DNA of 64,000 bases from Opitutales bacterium (GTDB lineage Bacteria > Verrucomicrobiota > Verrucomicrobiia > Opitutales > T3Sed10-336). The position numbers and the translations under genes are program-made. Position 1 is the stretch's first letter. Every line of letters starts with the position of its first letter. The stretch lies in assembly GCA_022565335.1 (NCBI GenBank), contig JAIUMY010000002.1, forward strand, positions 24,395-88,394. Reading direction: 5' to 3'. Below, in pieces: positions 18,526 to 26,945 of this stretch. The notes under the pieces are model-generated. The model was given only the letters and a program-made list of their open reading frames with translations, ran no database searches and was not told the DNA's origin.

Positions 18526-18798
18526 ATGAGCGCTGAATTTGCAGTCGAGCTTTTCCGTGAGTTGTTAAAAACCTCTCTGGTTATGGTGCTGCCAATGCTT
18601 CTAGTCGCGATGTTCGTCGGTATTATGATCAGCTTGTTGCAAGCGATAACCAGTATCCAGGAACAAACCCTGGCCTTCGTCCCGAAGTTGGTGGCGGTGG
18701 TCGTCCTGATGATTTTCATTGCCTATTGGCTGATTGAGGTGATTACCCGTTTCACCATAGAGATCTTCGGAAGGCTGTCCTCGGTAGCAGGAGGCTAA
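18526..18798 (+). CDS. fliQ: Flagellar export gate protein FliQ
   Basis: 90 aa, 2 TM. LLQAITSIQEQTLAFVPKL is FliQ-typical. Confidence 0.9.
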   Translation: MSAEFAVELFRELLKTSLVMVLPMLLVAMFVGIMISLLQAITSIQEQTLAFVPKLVAVVVLMIFIAYWLIEVITRFTIEIFGRLSSVAGG

Positions 18799-18824
18799 AG
18801 GTTTGAACCTGAAATAGCCCTGCT

Positions 18825-19592
18825 ATGGTGTTTCCCGACTCAGTCACAATACTTTACGCCACCGGGGTGTTTTTCCGTGCCGGAACATTCCTCTTTCTTC
18901 TTCCCCTCCTGGGTAGACCGGTTCCGATACAGATCCGTATAGCCATGGCCGTATTCCTAAGCTACAGCGCCGTCCTGCTAATCCCCCCGCCAGAAGGGCT
19001 GGCCATGTTCACCCATTGGTCCAGCTTGCTGGCCTTTGCCTTGGTAGAGAGTTTTTTAGGCTTTTGTATGGCCTTGGGCGTCCTGCTCCTCTTTCACCTT
19101 GTGCAAACCGCTGGAGAGCTCATTTCTTCACAAATGGGATTGATGCAAAGCAATATCCTAAACCCGATGAGCGGCTCACAGGAATCCGTGTTGGGAACCG
19201 GATTAATGATGCTGACCCTGGCCATGATCTTCATCCTGGATGTGCACCACGAAATTCTTTACGGATTTTTACAGAGCTTGCATATTGCCCCGGTGGGAAC
19301 AGTTCCCATGGATGGCCGAAATGTAGAGTTTGTCCTTTATGAAACCGGCAAAATATTCCTCATCTCCATTCAAATGGCCGCCCCGATCATTGCCGTCAAC
19401 TATATCGTCACACTTTCCTTTGCCTTTTTAGGAAAAATTATTCCTACGATGAATGTCTTAATTCTTAGCTTTAGCGTGAGGCTAATGCTAGGGTTCCTTG
19501 TTTTAACGCTTGTCTTCTATATGCTGGCACAATTGTTGCTGCGCTTCATTTCGTCAACCCCTGAGCGAATGTTGCAATTTCTGCCTTTTTAA
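18825..19592 (+). CDS. fliR: Flagellar export gate protein FliR
   Basis: 255-aa polytopic protein between fliQ and flhB. Confidence 0.88.
   Translation: MVFPDSVTILYATGVFFRAGTFLFLLPLLGRPVPIQIRIAMAVFLSYSAVLLIPPPEGLAMFTHWSSLLAFALVESFLGFCMALGVLLLFHLVQTAGELISSQMGLMQSNILNPMSGSQESVLGTGLMMLTLAMIFILDVHHEILYGFLQSLHIAPVGTVPMDGRNVEFVLYETGKIFLISIQMAAPIIAVNYIVTLSFAFLGKIIPTMNVLILSFSVRLMLGFLVLTLVFYMLAQLLLRFISSTPERMLQFLPF
19525..19540 (+). promoter_or_regulatory. Sigma-54 -24/-12 promoter inside the 3' end of fliR, upstream of flhB
   Basis: TGGCAC-AATTG-TTGCT is a perfect match to TGGCAC-N5-TTGCW. The predicted +1 (about 19551) lies 72 nt before the flhB ATG. Confidence 0.65.
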
Positions 19593-19622
19593 AACAACTC
19601 CCTAGCCAACCACCTCAGCTTT

Positions 19623-20723
19623 ATGCCCGAAGAACAGGATCGCGAGTCAAAGACCGAGCAACCAACCGAGAAACGCTTAAAAAAAGCTCGAGAGGAGGGG
19701 AATTTCCCGAAAGCACAAGAGATCCAGGTGGTCTTTGGGCTAATTGCTTCGTTTATTGCGATTCTCTTTTTAGCGGGCACCATAGGAGAAAGGTTTTACT
19801 TGTTTGGCAAGGGCATCTTCGCCAATTTGAGTGAATTCGAGGTGACCACCTCAACGGTGGGCGACTCTGCCAGAGAAAGCGCCAGCAGTTTCCTTTTATT
19901 GCTAATGCCTCTATTGAGTCTTGCGGTCCTCTCCAGCATTCTCGCCGGAGGCCTCCAAAGCGGCTTTCGCCTGGCCCCCAAAGCACTTAAACCAAAAGGG
20001 CAAAAACTGAACCCCATCAAGAATGCCAAACAGAAATTCGGGAAACAGGCCTATGTCAAGTTTGGTGTGGACCTGCTCAAACTGCTCGCAGTGGCCGGGG
20101 TCATCGCCTTTGCGATACGCCGACTAACCTTGCACCCAATTTTCCACACCCCCATCGAAGCCTTTCAAATCCTTGTCTTCATAAGGGAATCAACGCTCTA
20201 CATGCTTTCCCTATTGATCGTGGGAGTTGGCCTCGTGGCACTGGTAAATTACCTCTACCAACGTCATAAGGTGATGGGAGACCTGCGAATGACCAGGCAG
20301 GAAGTCAAGGATGAGCACAAACAGGCCGAAGGCGACCAACAGGTAAAAAGTGCCCGAAAACAGATGGCGCTTAAATTGATGGAAAGGCAGTCTTTCAAGG
20401 CGATCCCGCAAGCCGATGTAGTGGTAACCAATCCCACCCACTTTGCCGTAGCCCTCCGCTACGATCGCAGCCGCAACAACTCCCCAATGATCATCGCCAA
20501 GGGCAAAAATCTGGTTGCTCAGCGCATTAAAGAAATTGCCCGGAAGCATGGTGTGCCAATGGTGGAAAACCGACCCGCGGCACAGGCTCTTTATAAAATC
20601 GGGCAGCCGGGCAAGGAAATCCCCGCTCAACTTTTCCAAGTCGTGGCCGAGATTCTGGCCTACGTTTATCGCCATAACCGTAGTTTTTTTCATCGCCGTA
20701 AAGTTTCTCTTCCGAGAACCTAA
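19623..20723 (+). CDS. flhB: Flagellar export switch protein FlhB
   Basis: N-terminus KTEQPTEKRLKKAREEGNFPKAQE; autocleavage motif NPTHFAVAL; 366 aa. Confidence 0.93.
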   Translation: MPEEQDRESKTEQPTEKRLKKAREEGNFPKAQEIQVVFGLIASFIAILFLAGTIGERFYLFGKGIFANLSEFEVTTSTVGDSARESASSFLLLLMPLLSLAVLSSILAGGLQSGFRLAPKALKPKGQKLNPIKNAKQKFGKQAYVKFGVDLLKLLAVAGVIAFAIRRLTLHPIFHTPIEAFQILVFIRESTLYMLSLLIVGVGLVALVNYLYQRHKVMGDLRMTRQEVKDEHKQAEGDQQVKSARKQMALKLMERQSFKAIPQADVVVTNPTHFAVALRYDRSRNNSPMIIAKGKNLVAQRIKEIARKHGVPMVENRPAAQALYKIGQPGKEIPAQLFQVVAEILAYVYRHNRSFFHRRKVSLPRT

Positions 20724-20726
20724 CTT

Positions 20727-22931
20727 ATGGAAAGTAAAACCGAGAACAAGGGTTGGTTCCTGGGCCTGGTAAAAAATGGCGACTACATCCTCGCCGCAGC
20801 CATGTTTGCGGTGGTTATTGTCCTGATTTTACCAGTCCCAAAGGCAATTCTTGACTCCTTGCTCGTCATCAGTGTTGGGACTTCGATTCTGATCCTGCTG
20901 GTTATCATCTATGTCCGGGAGCCCATTCAGCTGACCGTATTTCCGTCTATATTGCTGATAATGACGCTCTACCGACTGGCCCTGAATGTCGCATCGACTC
21001 GTTTAATTCTACTGGATGCCGATGCCGGGCGGGTGATTGAGTCTTTTGGCCAATTTGTTGTCGGCGGCAATTATGTCGTAGGGGCCGTTGTTTTTCTTAT
21101 TCTGGTGTTAGTCAATTTCCTCGTGATCACCAAGGGTGCCGGGCGGATTGCCGAGGTCGCGGCACGCTTCACCCTGGACGCGATGCCAGGCAAGCAAATG
21201 GCTATCGATGCGGAGCTCAATGCGGGCGCGATTGACGAAAAAGAAGCGCAAACAAGACGGGCAAAAGTCCAACAGGAAGCTGATTTTTACGGCAAGATGG
21301 ACGGTGCCAGCAAGTTTGTCCGGGGGGATGCGGTGGCCGGCATTCTGATCACCCTGATCAACATCATTGGCGGCTTGAGCATTGGCATGATGCAGCGGGA
21401 CATGAACCTGGATGAGAGTCTCCGGGTCTATACCCTGCTTTCCATTGGTGATGGACTGGTTTCCCAAATCCCCGCCTTGGTTCTCTCCTTTGCCGCTGGC
21501 CTCCTCATCACCCGGACCTCCGGACGGCAGAATCTGGGGAGCACAATGGCCCGGCAACTCGGGTTCTACCCAAGGGCGCTGGGCATTCTCGGCGGAGTCA
21601 TGTGCTTCATGGCGATACTTCCGGGCATGCCTAAAATACCTTTCCTTTCTTTTGCCGCCATCGCTTTCATTCTTTCGATTTTGATGAAAAAGCGTAAGCT
21701 CGATGCCACCCGTTTTGCCGAAGTTCTGGATGAGGTCGAGGAGAAAGCTGATTCCACCCAGGGAAGTTCGGCAATATCACCTGATCGCCAAGCCTCTTCG
21801 GATAACAGTGGTCAGACGGAACATCCGGGGGAGTCTGGAGACTTGGAAAAAATGTTGGATATTGATACCCTTTCGGTTGAGTTAGGCTACTCCCTCCTGC
21901 GCTTGGCAGATGAGAAGAAAGGCGGCGATTTGGTTGAACGGGTAACGGGCTTGCGCAAAACCTTTGCCAAAGAGGTCGGACTACTTTTGCCCACAGTATC
22001 GCTGCGAGATAATTTCGAACTGGAAGCCAATGATTATTGCTTCCTCCTTCGGGGCAAACCAGTCGCCCGGGGAAGAATCCTACCCAACCGCTCCCTGGCC
22101 ATGAACGTTTCCGGCAGCAAAGCCAAAATTCCCGGAGAAAAAACGAAAGAGCCGGTTTTCGGGCTGGATGCTATATGGGTCGACGAGAACGGTCGCAAAA
22201 TCGCCGAAATGAATGGCTTCACCGTTGTCGATGCGGCCTCGGTCCTATGTACCCATCTATCCGAAACTTTTCGCAGGTACGCGCATGAGATACTGGACCG
22301 GCAAACCGTTCAGCGAATGGTGGATCATACCCGGGCAAAACATCCCGCCCTCATTGAGGAACTCTTCCCGGAAGTCATCTCGACTGGTCTGTTACAAGGT
22401 GTTTTAGCAAACCTTCTACGGGAAAATGTCTCAATCCGCAATTTGAACCTTATTCTGGAAAGCATGGGAGATATGGCGCTTCACTCCAAAAATGTGAACG
22501 ACCTGTCCGAACATGCCCGACGCCGTCTCGCACCCTATATTATCAACCAATATGAGTCCGAGCCCGGAAAGATAAAGGCCATCACCCTCGACCCTCGACT
22601 CGAACAGTATTTGTTGGCCCGAGTACAGCGTACGCAATTCGAAGTAAGCATTAGCCTGGATCCGGGGACCGCGCATGATGTCCTGGGACAATTAACCCGG
22701 TTAATGACGGAAATGAATAATGAAGGGCAAACTCCTTTGATTGTCGTCATGCAAGAGCTTCGCCTGGGATTCAAACGCTTCTTTGAATCGACATTGTCAC
22801 GTTTAGTGGTTATTTCCTATCAAGAGATCCCCCCCAACACTGAAATTGAAAATTATGGCATTGTTCAGGCCCCCGCTTCCATGGAACAGGAAAGGGCCAA
22901 AAACAAGGCAGAAGTTGGAGCTAACGCATGA
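20727..22931 (+). CDS. flhA: Flagellar export gate protein FlhA
   Basis: 734 aa. Conserved FHIPEP-type N-terminal membrane domain (ITKGAGRIAEVAARFTLDAMPGKQMAIDAE) plus a cytoplasmic C-terminal domain. Confidence 0.94.
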   Translation: MESKTENKGWFLGLVKNGDYILAAAMFAVVIVLILPVPKAILDSLLVISVGTSILILLVIIYVREPIQLTVFPSILLIMTLYRLALNVASTRLILLDADAGRVIESFGQFVVGGNYVVGAVVFLILVLVNFLVITKGAGRIAEVAARFTLDAMPGKQMAIDAELNAGAIDEKEAQTRRAKVQQEADFYGKMDGASKFVRGDAVAGILITLINIIGGLSIGMMQRDMNLDESLRVYTLLSIGDGLVSQIPALVLSFAAGLLITRTSGRQNLGSTMARQLGFYPRALGILGGVMCFMAILPGMPKIPFLSFAAIAFILSILMKKRKLDATRFAEVLDEVEEKADSTQGSSAISPDRQASSDNSGQTEHPGESGDLEKMLDIDTLSVELGYSLLRLADEKKGGDLVERVTGLRKTFAKEVGLLLPTVSLRDNFELEANDYCFLLRGKPVARGRILPNRSLAMNVSGSKAKIPGEKTKEPVFGLDAIWVDENGRKIAEMNGFTVVDAASVLCTHLSETFRRYAHEILDRQTVQRMVDHTRAKHPALIEELFPEVISTGLLQGVLANLLRENVSIRNLNLILESMGDMALHSKNVNDLSEHARRRLAPYIINQYESEPGKIKAITLDPRLEQYLLARVQRTQFEVSISLDPGTAHDVLGQLTRLMTEMNNEGQTPLIVVMQELRLGFKRFFESTLSRLVVISYQEIPPNTEIENYGIVQAPASMEQERAKNKAEVGANA

Positions 22932-23947
22932 ACCACGCCGATGACAGTACAATTCGATTTATAGCCAAGTCCGCGCAGGAAGCGGCGGCGATAGTCCGTG
23001 AACGCCTGGGCCCGGAAGGCCGGGTAATTTCTGTCGAACAAATCATGGGCAGTGGACTAAAACGCTTCGTCTCGGCTCCCCGCCTACAGATTGTTGCCAA
23101 GAAAGTCCCGCCGCCGGAGTTTTCATCAAAGACGAAAACCAGCGCCTCCGAACAAGCCGGGCCCGAAGCCCCCGCCCCCTTACCCAACCCCACGACAACT
23201 CGAGCAGGTCATCGGCGCACCCTTTCCTGCCGCTCGCTGCTGCTAAAAGCGGGGTTTTCCTCCAGGCTGATGGCCCGCCTCGAGGGCGCCGAACGCTGGC
23301 GTGAAATTGGTGAGATGGAAGCGGGGGAAGGCCTACCACAGGCCATTGCCTGGCTCCGGCAATATCGCGCTAAGCCAGAGCCTTTGGACGAGAATTCAAC
23401 AATAGCCTTTATCGGCTTCGCCGGGGCCGGCAAGACATCGGCATTACTTAAGTATTTGGCCCGCGAGCTTTTCTTATACAATCGCACCCCAAAAGTTTTG
23501 CAAATGGAGGTTGATAAGCCCCACATGGATAGCGGTCTTTCCCTTTATTGTGATGTTCTGGGGGTACCTTGCTTCGAAGACCCGAGCCAAATTAAAGGAA
23601 CGGGAGCATTGCTAATTGATGTGCCCGGTGTCCCACCTTCAGCAAAAAAGGAGCAGGCCAATTTAGCCGCCGCCCTCAAAGCGATCGGGACAGAGCATCG
23701 CGTCCTGGTGATGAATGCCGCCTACGAAAACCCGGTGTTGGAAAGACACTCCGAACTCGGTCTTGCCTTGGGAGCTACGCACCGGGTATACACCCATCTT
23801 GATGAGCTTGACAATGTCAGCAAGCTCTGGGTCGGCGTGCTCGACCCGAAGTGCCCCACCCTCTTTTTCTCCAATGGTCAAAATATGGTTGGCAATTTGG
23901 TCGAGGACAGCTTCGGCTTTCTAATAGAAAGGACCTTCCCAAGATGA
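22928..23947 (+). CDS. flhF: Flagellar SRP-type GTPase FlhF
   Basis: G1 FIGFAGAGKTS, G3 LLIDVPG, G4-like THLDE. Position after flhA and ATGA overlap with the flhA stop support the call. Confidence 0.85.
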   Translation: MNHADDSTIRFIAKSAQEAAAIVRERLGPEGRVISVEQIMGSGLKRFVSAPRLQIVAKKVPPPEFSSKTKTSASEQAGPEAPAPLPNPTTTRAGHRRTLSCRSLLLKAGFSSRLMARLEGAERWREIGEMEAGEGLPQAIAWLRQYRAKPEPLDENSTIAFIGFAGAGKTSALLKYLARELFLYNRTPKVLQMEVDKPHMDSGLSLYCDVLGVPCFEDPSQIKGTGALLIDVPGVPPSAKKEQANLAAALKAIGTEHRVLVMNAAYENPVLERHSELGLALGATHRVYTHLDELDNVSKLWVGVLDPKCPTLFFSNGQNMVGNLVEDSFGFLIERTFPR

Positions 23948-24189
23948 ACCGTTACTTTTTTATCGGAGGATTCCTCGGGTTTACACTGTTGTTCGCGATC
24001 TCCATTTACTCGGGAGCAAGCATCCATGTGGTCTTAAGAAACGCGATGGTCGGATGCCTCCTTTTCGCATTTTTTTTCCATTATTATATCAACCGTGTGG
24101 CGCAAATTTATCTGGAATCCCGCTTGCGCCTAATGGAAGAAGCACGGCAGCAAGAACGCGAAAGACAAAAGGAGGAACCAAAGTCATGA
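23944..24189 (+). CDS. 81-aa two-TM protein with charged C-terminal helix, uncharacterised (occupies the usual flhG slot)
   Basis: MNRYFFIGGFLGFTLLFAISIY...MVGCLLFAFFFHYYI...ESRLRLMEEARQQERERQKEEPKS. ATGA overlaps with the flhF stop and with the fliA start. The ORF-track upstream extension overlaps flhF. Confidence 0.6.
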   Translation: MNRYFFIGGFLGFTLLFAISIYSGASIHVVLRNAMVGCLLFAFFFHYYINRVAQIYLESRLRLMEEARQQERERQKEEPKS

Positions 24190-24977
24190 GCGGCGAAGCA
24201 ACAGCCAAACAGATCAGCGATGCCTATTCCAATGCCAAGCGTTCAGAACCAAAAGTGCAGGAGCGCATGAAGGCTTATGCCCTTAAATATTTACCGATCG
24301 TTAAAAGCGAAGTGCTGCGATTCAAAATGCGAGTTCCCAAACATATCGAATTCGAGGAATTACACGGGGTTGCCATATGCGGATTGATGCGCGCCTTCGA
24401 GCGCTACCAGGAAGGAGACGAACGCTTTGGGATCTATGTCCGGCAACGGGTTCGGGGCGCCATCCTCGACGAACTTCGCAGCCTCGACACCATGTCGCGG
24501 ACGATCCGCAAAAAAGCGCGGCGCTACGACGAAGCAATCCAAAAGGTCGAGCAGCGGGAGGGACGAATCGCCACGGAAGACGAGATTCGCAATGAACTGG
24601 GCCTCGGCCCCAAAGACTTCGATAACCTTCTGGACCAACTTCGGCCGGTCACTTTTTTCTCCTTGGACGATGTCAATAGCGAATCGGATTCCGCAGCCCT
24701 GGCCGAGCGAGTCGAGGATCAAAAAACCCCCTCTGCAGTGGAGTCTTTGGAATCACAGGAATTGTTTACCCTCATTCGAGAACGACTCGAACTCCTGCCG
24801 GAAAAACAAAAAAAGATTTTACATATGTATTATTTCAAAGACTTTAGACTTGCGGAAATCGCACAAGTCTTTAACATTTCGGAAAGTCGAGCTTGTCAAT
24901 TACATGTACAAGGGGTACGATTTTTAAAAGCTGCGCTCAGCAAACAAATGCGATCTGAAAACCCTACTCCTAGATAG
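24186..24977 (+). CDS. fliA: Flagellar sigma factor FliA (sigma-28 family)
   Basis: Sigma-70 regions 2-4 (YLPIVKSEVLRF..., RLAEIAQVFNISESRACQLHVQGVRFLK). Start chosen at the ATGA overlap (M45 of the ORF-track frame). Confidence 0.88.
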   Translation: MSGEATAKQISDAYSNAKRSEPKVQERMKAYALKYLPIVKSEVLRFKMRVPKHIEFEELHGVAICGLMRAFERYQEGDERFGIYVRQRVRGAILDELRSLDTMSRTIRKKARRYDEAIQKVEQREGRIATEDEIRNELGLGPKDFDNLLDQLRPVTFFSLDDVNSESDSAALAERVEDQKTPSAVESLESQELFTLIRERLELLPEKQKKILHMYYFKDFRLAEIAQVFNISESRACQLHVQGVRFLKAALSKQMRSENPTPR

Positions 24978-24979
24978 TT

Positions 24980-25846
24980 ATGATATTACTGATTGGATAT
25001 ATTATCGTAATTGGCTCCGTTGTGCTCGGTTTACATATTGGTGGCTCGAACATAATGGTCCTGGCTCACTTAAATGAGTTTGTTGTGGTTTTGGGAATTT
25101 GTTTTGGGGTCATGGTGATTGCCAGTCCATTCGCTGTACTGAAGGCCATTTTTGTTAAAACAATCGATGCTTTTAAGGGCGGTTCAATCAAAAAAGATGC
25201 CCATATGGAAGCACTGCAAATGCTTTATCAATTCTTCATGCTTGCGAGGAAAGATGGTTTACTTGCGTTGGAAGAGCATATTTCCGACATCAAACAAAGC
25301 TCCATTGCGAGTCAATACCCCACCTTCGTAAATAATGAGAACGCCGTAAACTTTCTGGTGGACTCACTCCGGCCCATTGTTGACGGCCGGATAAAACCTG
25401 AGGATATGCAGGAGTTGGTTGATGCCGAGATTCGCTCCCTTAGCGGAGAAAATGCCGAACCAATCCATGTCATGAGATTGGTCGGAGATTCATTTCCCGG
25501 CATCGGAATTTGCGCGGCGGTCCTCGGAATCATTCTAACCATGGGCAATATTGCCGAAGGCGCCGAAACCGTCGGCTACAAGGTCGCGGCCGCACTAACC
25601 GGAACCTTCCTGGGAGTGTACGGTGCCTATGGTTTCGTAAATCCACTGACCATAGTCATGGAGACCAACAATGGTTCCGAGGAACGCTACTATAAACTCC
25701 TCGGGCAGTCGATTGTTAGCTTTACCAACGGCATGGCACCGCTGATGGCCGTGGAAATCGGACGAAGAACCCTTCTACCCGGAGAACGCCCCGGCTCAGA
25801 CGAAATGGAAGAAACTCTGAAAAAAATAGGAAAGGGGGATAGTTAA
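24980..25846 (+). CDS. motA: Flagellar stator protein MotA
   Basis: 288 aa, MotA/TolQ/ExbB channel family (GDSFPGIGICAAVLGIILTMG..., TGTFLGVYGAYGFVNPL). Directly precedes motB. Confidence 0.9.
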   Translation: MILLIGYIIVIGSVVLGLHIGGSNIMVLAHLNEFVVVLGICFGVMVIASPFAVLKAIFVKTIDAFKGGSIKKDAHMEALQMLYQFFMLARKDGLLALEEHISDIKQSSIASQYPTFVNNENAVNFLVDSLRPIVDGRIKPEDMQELVDAEIRSLSGENAEPIHVMRLVGDSFPGIGICAAVLGIILTMGNIAEGAETVGYKVAAALTGTFLGVYGAYGFVNPLTIVMETNNGSEERYYKLLGQSIVSFTNGMAPLMAVEIGRRTLLPGERPGSDEMEETLKKIGKGDS

Positions 25847-25848
25847 TC

Positions 25849-26661
25849 ATGGCAGCTGGTGGTGGTGGCGCATGGAAGGTCGCGGCAGCCGACTTTTTTA
25901 CTGCTATGATGGCACTCTTCATGGTTTTGTGGATTTTAGGCTCCGAACAAGAGATGCTAGAACAATTACAGGAGTATTTCCGCAATCCTCCCAGCCCCTT
26001 CACCGAGCGGTCCGGCAAGTTCCCAGTGGAAATGGGGGATTTTTCCGGACGCAGCGCTACGGATGCGGAAGAGGCTTTTTTTGACCGGATTGACCCTATC
26101 ATTCTGAAAGGTATCGTTAATGAATTTAATCGAATTCTGCAAATGGAGGCAACACAGGATGAGGTTCCCCCAGTCGATATCACCATTACCTCCGATGGTC
26201 TTCGGGTCTCCCTTTTTGATCGCAAGGACACTGCCCTGTTTCAAGCCAACCATACCGAGCTAACCCCTTGGGCAAATTTCGTGACCCAAAATCTGGCTTG
26301 GTTGATATCCCGCTATCCTTTTGAAATAATTGTTGAAAGCTACACCTCGGAAACCCCTGCCGAAGAAAGTGACCTTATGCAGCCCGGCGATACCGCTTGG
26401 GAACTTTCCACCCGACGCGGCAACATTTTCCGCCAACGGTTGCAATTCTACGCCAATGAACAGTTGAATTTTCGTTCGGTCGTTGGCTACGGACCCGATT
26501 CTTCTTTTTCCGAACAAGAAATTGCCCGAGGAAAAAGCAACCAGCGGATCGTTTTGTCTCTTTCTCTCGCCAATCCCCAACAACTACCAGACTTTTCCGA
26601 GGTAGGCGATGACTTGCGGGGGCCCGAGATTACCCCGCCAGAGGAGCTAAACGAACAATGA
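25849..26661 (+). CDS. motB: Flagellar stator protein MotB
   Basis: N-terminus AWKVAAADFFTAMMALFMVLW carries the conserved Asp in the TM segment. C-terminal OmpA-like region (AWELSTRRGNIFRQ). Confidence 0.88.
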   Translation: MAAGGGGAWKVAAADFFTAMMALFMVLWILGSEQEMLEQLQEYFRNPPSPFTERSGKFPVEMGDFSGRSATDAEEAFFDRIDPIILKGIVNEFNRILQMEATQDEVPPVDITITSDGLRVSLFDRKDTALFQANHTELTPWANFVTQNLAWLISRYPFEIIVESYTSETPAEESDLMQPGDTAWELSTRRGNIFRQRLQFYANEQLNFRSVVGYGPDSSFSEQEIARGKSNQRIVLSLSLANPQQLPDFSEVGDDLRGPEITPPEELNEQ

Positions 26662-26909
26662 GCCAATCGACCGGTAAAAATTTCCCGAAGGAACAGAGTA
26701 ACCTTGCCAAACCCTCTGAGTTCCAACCATACGCCACCGCGCTAAAGATTCAGCAAGGTAAAAATTCAGCCAAATCCGGGGGCCCTGAAGAGGACTCAGG
26801 AAAGAAAAAACCTAAGGTTCAAGTCGTTGATGAAGATGGTATTGTGAAAAAAATACGGGTCACATGTTCGTGCGGAGAACTCATAGAAATCGATTGTTCA
26901 TATGATTAA
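26658..26909 (+). CDS. 83-aa hydrophilic protein with C-terminal CxC-x8-C motif, uncharacterised
   Basis: ATGA overlap with the motB stop. Disordered K/E/S/G-rich N-terminal part, then VVDEDGIVKKIRVTCSCGELIEIDCSYD. No family is recognised from memory. Confidence 0.5.
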   Translation: MSQSTGKNFPKEQSNLAKPSEFQPYATALKIQQGKNSAKSGGPEEDSGKKKPKVQVVDEDGIVKKIRVTCSCGELIEIDCSYD

Positions 26910-26918
26910 TTTTGTTTT

Positions 26919-26934
26919 TGGCACACTTTAGGCT
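26919..26934 (+). promoter_or_regulatory. Sigma-54 -24/-12 promoter of the flgF operon
   Basis: TGGCAC-ACTTT-AGGCT: the -24 hexamer is perfect and GG-N10-GC is kept. It fills the 36-nt gap between stop 26909 and the flgF ATG 26946. Confidence 0.6.
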
Positions 26935-26945
26935 GTGCTAAAAGC

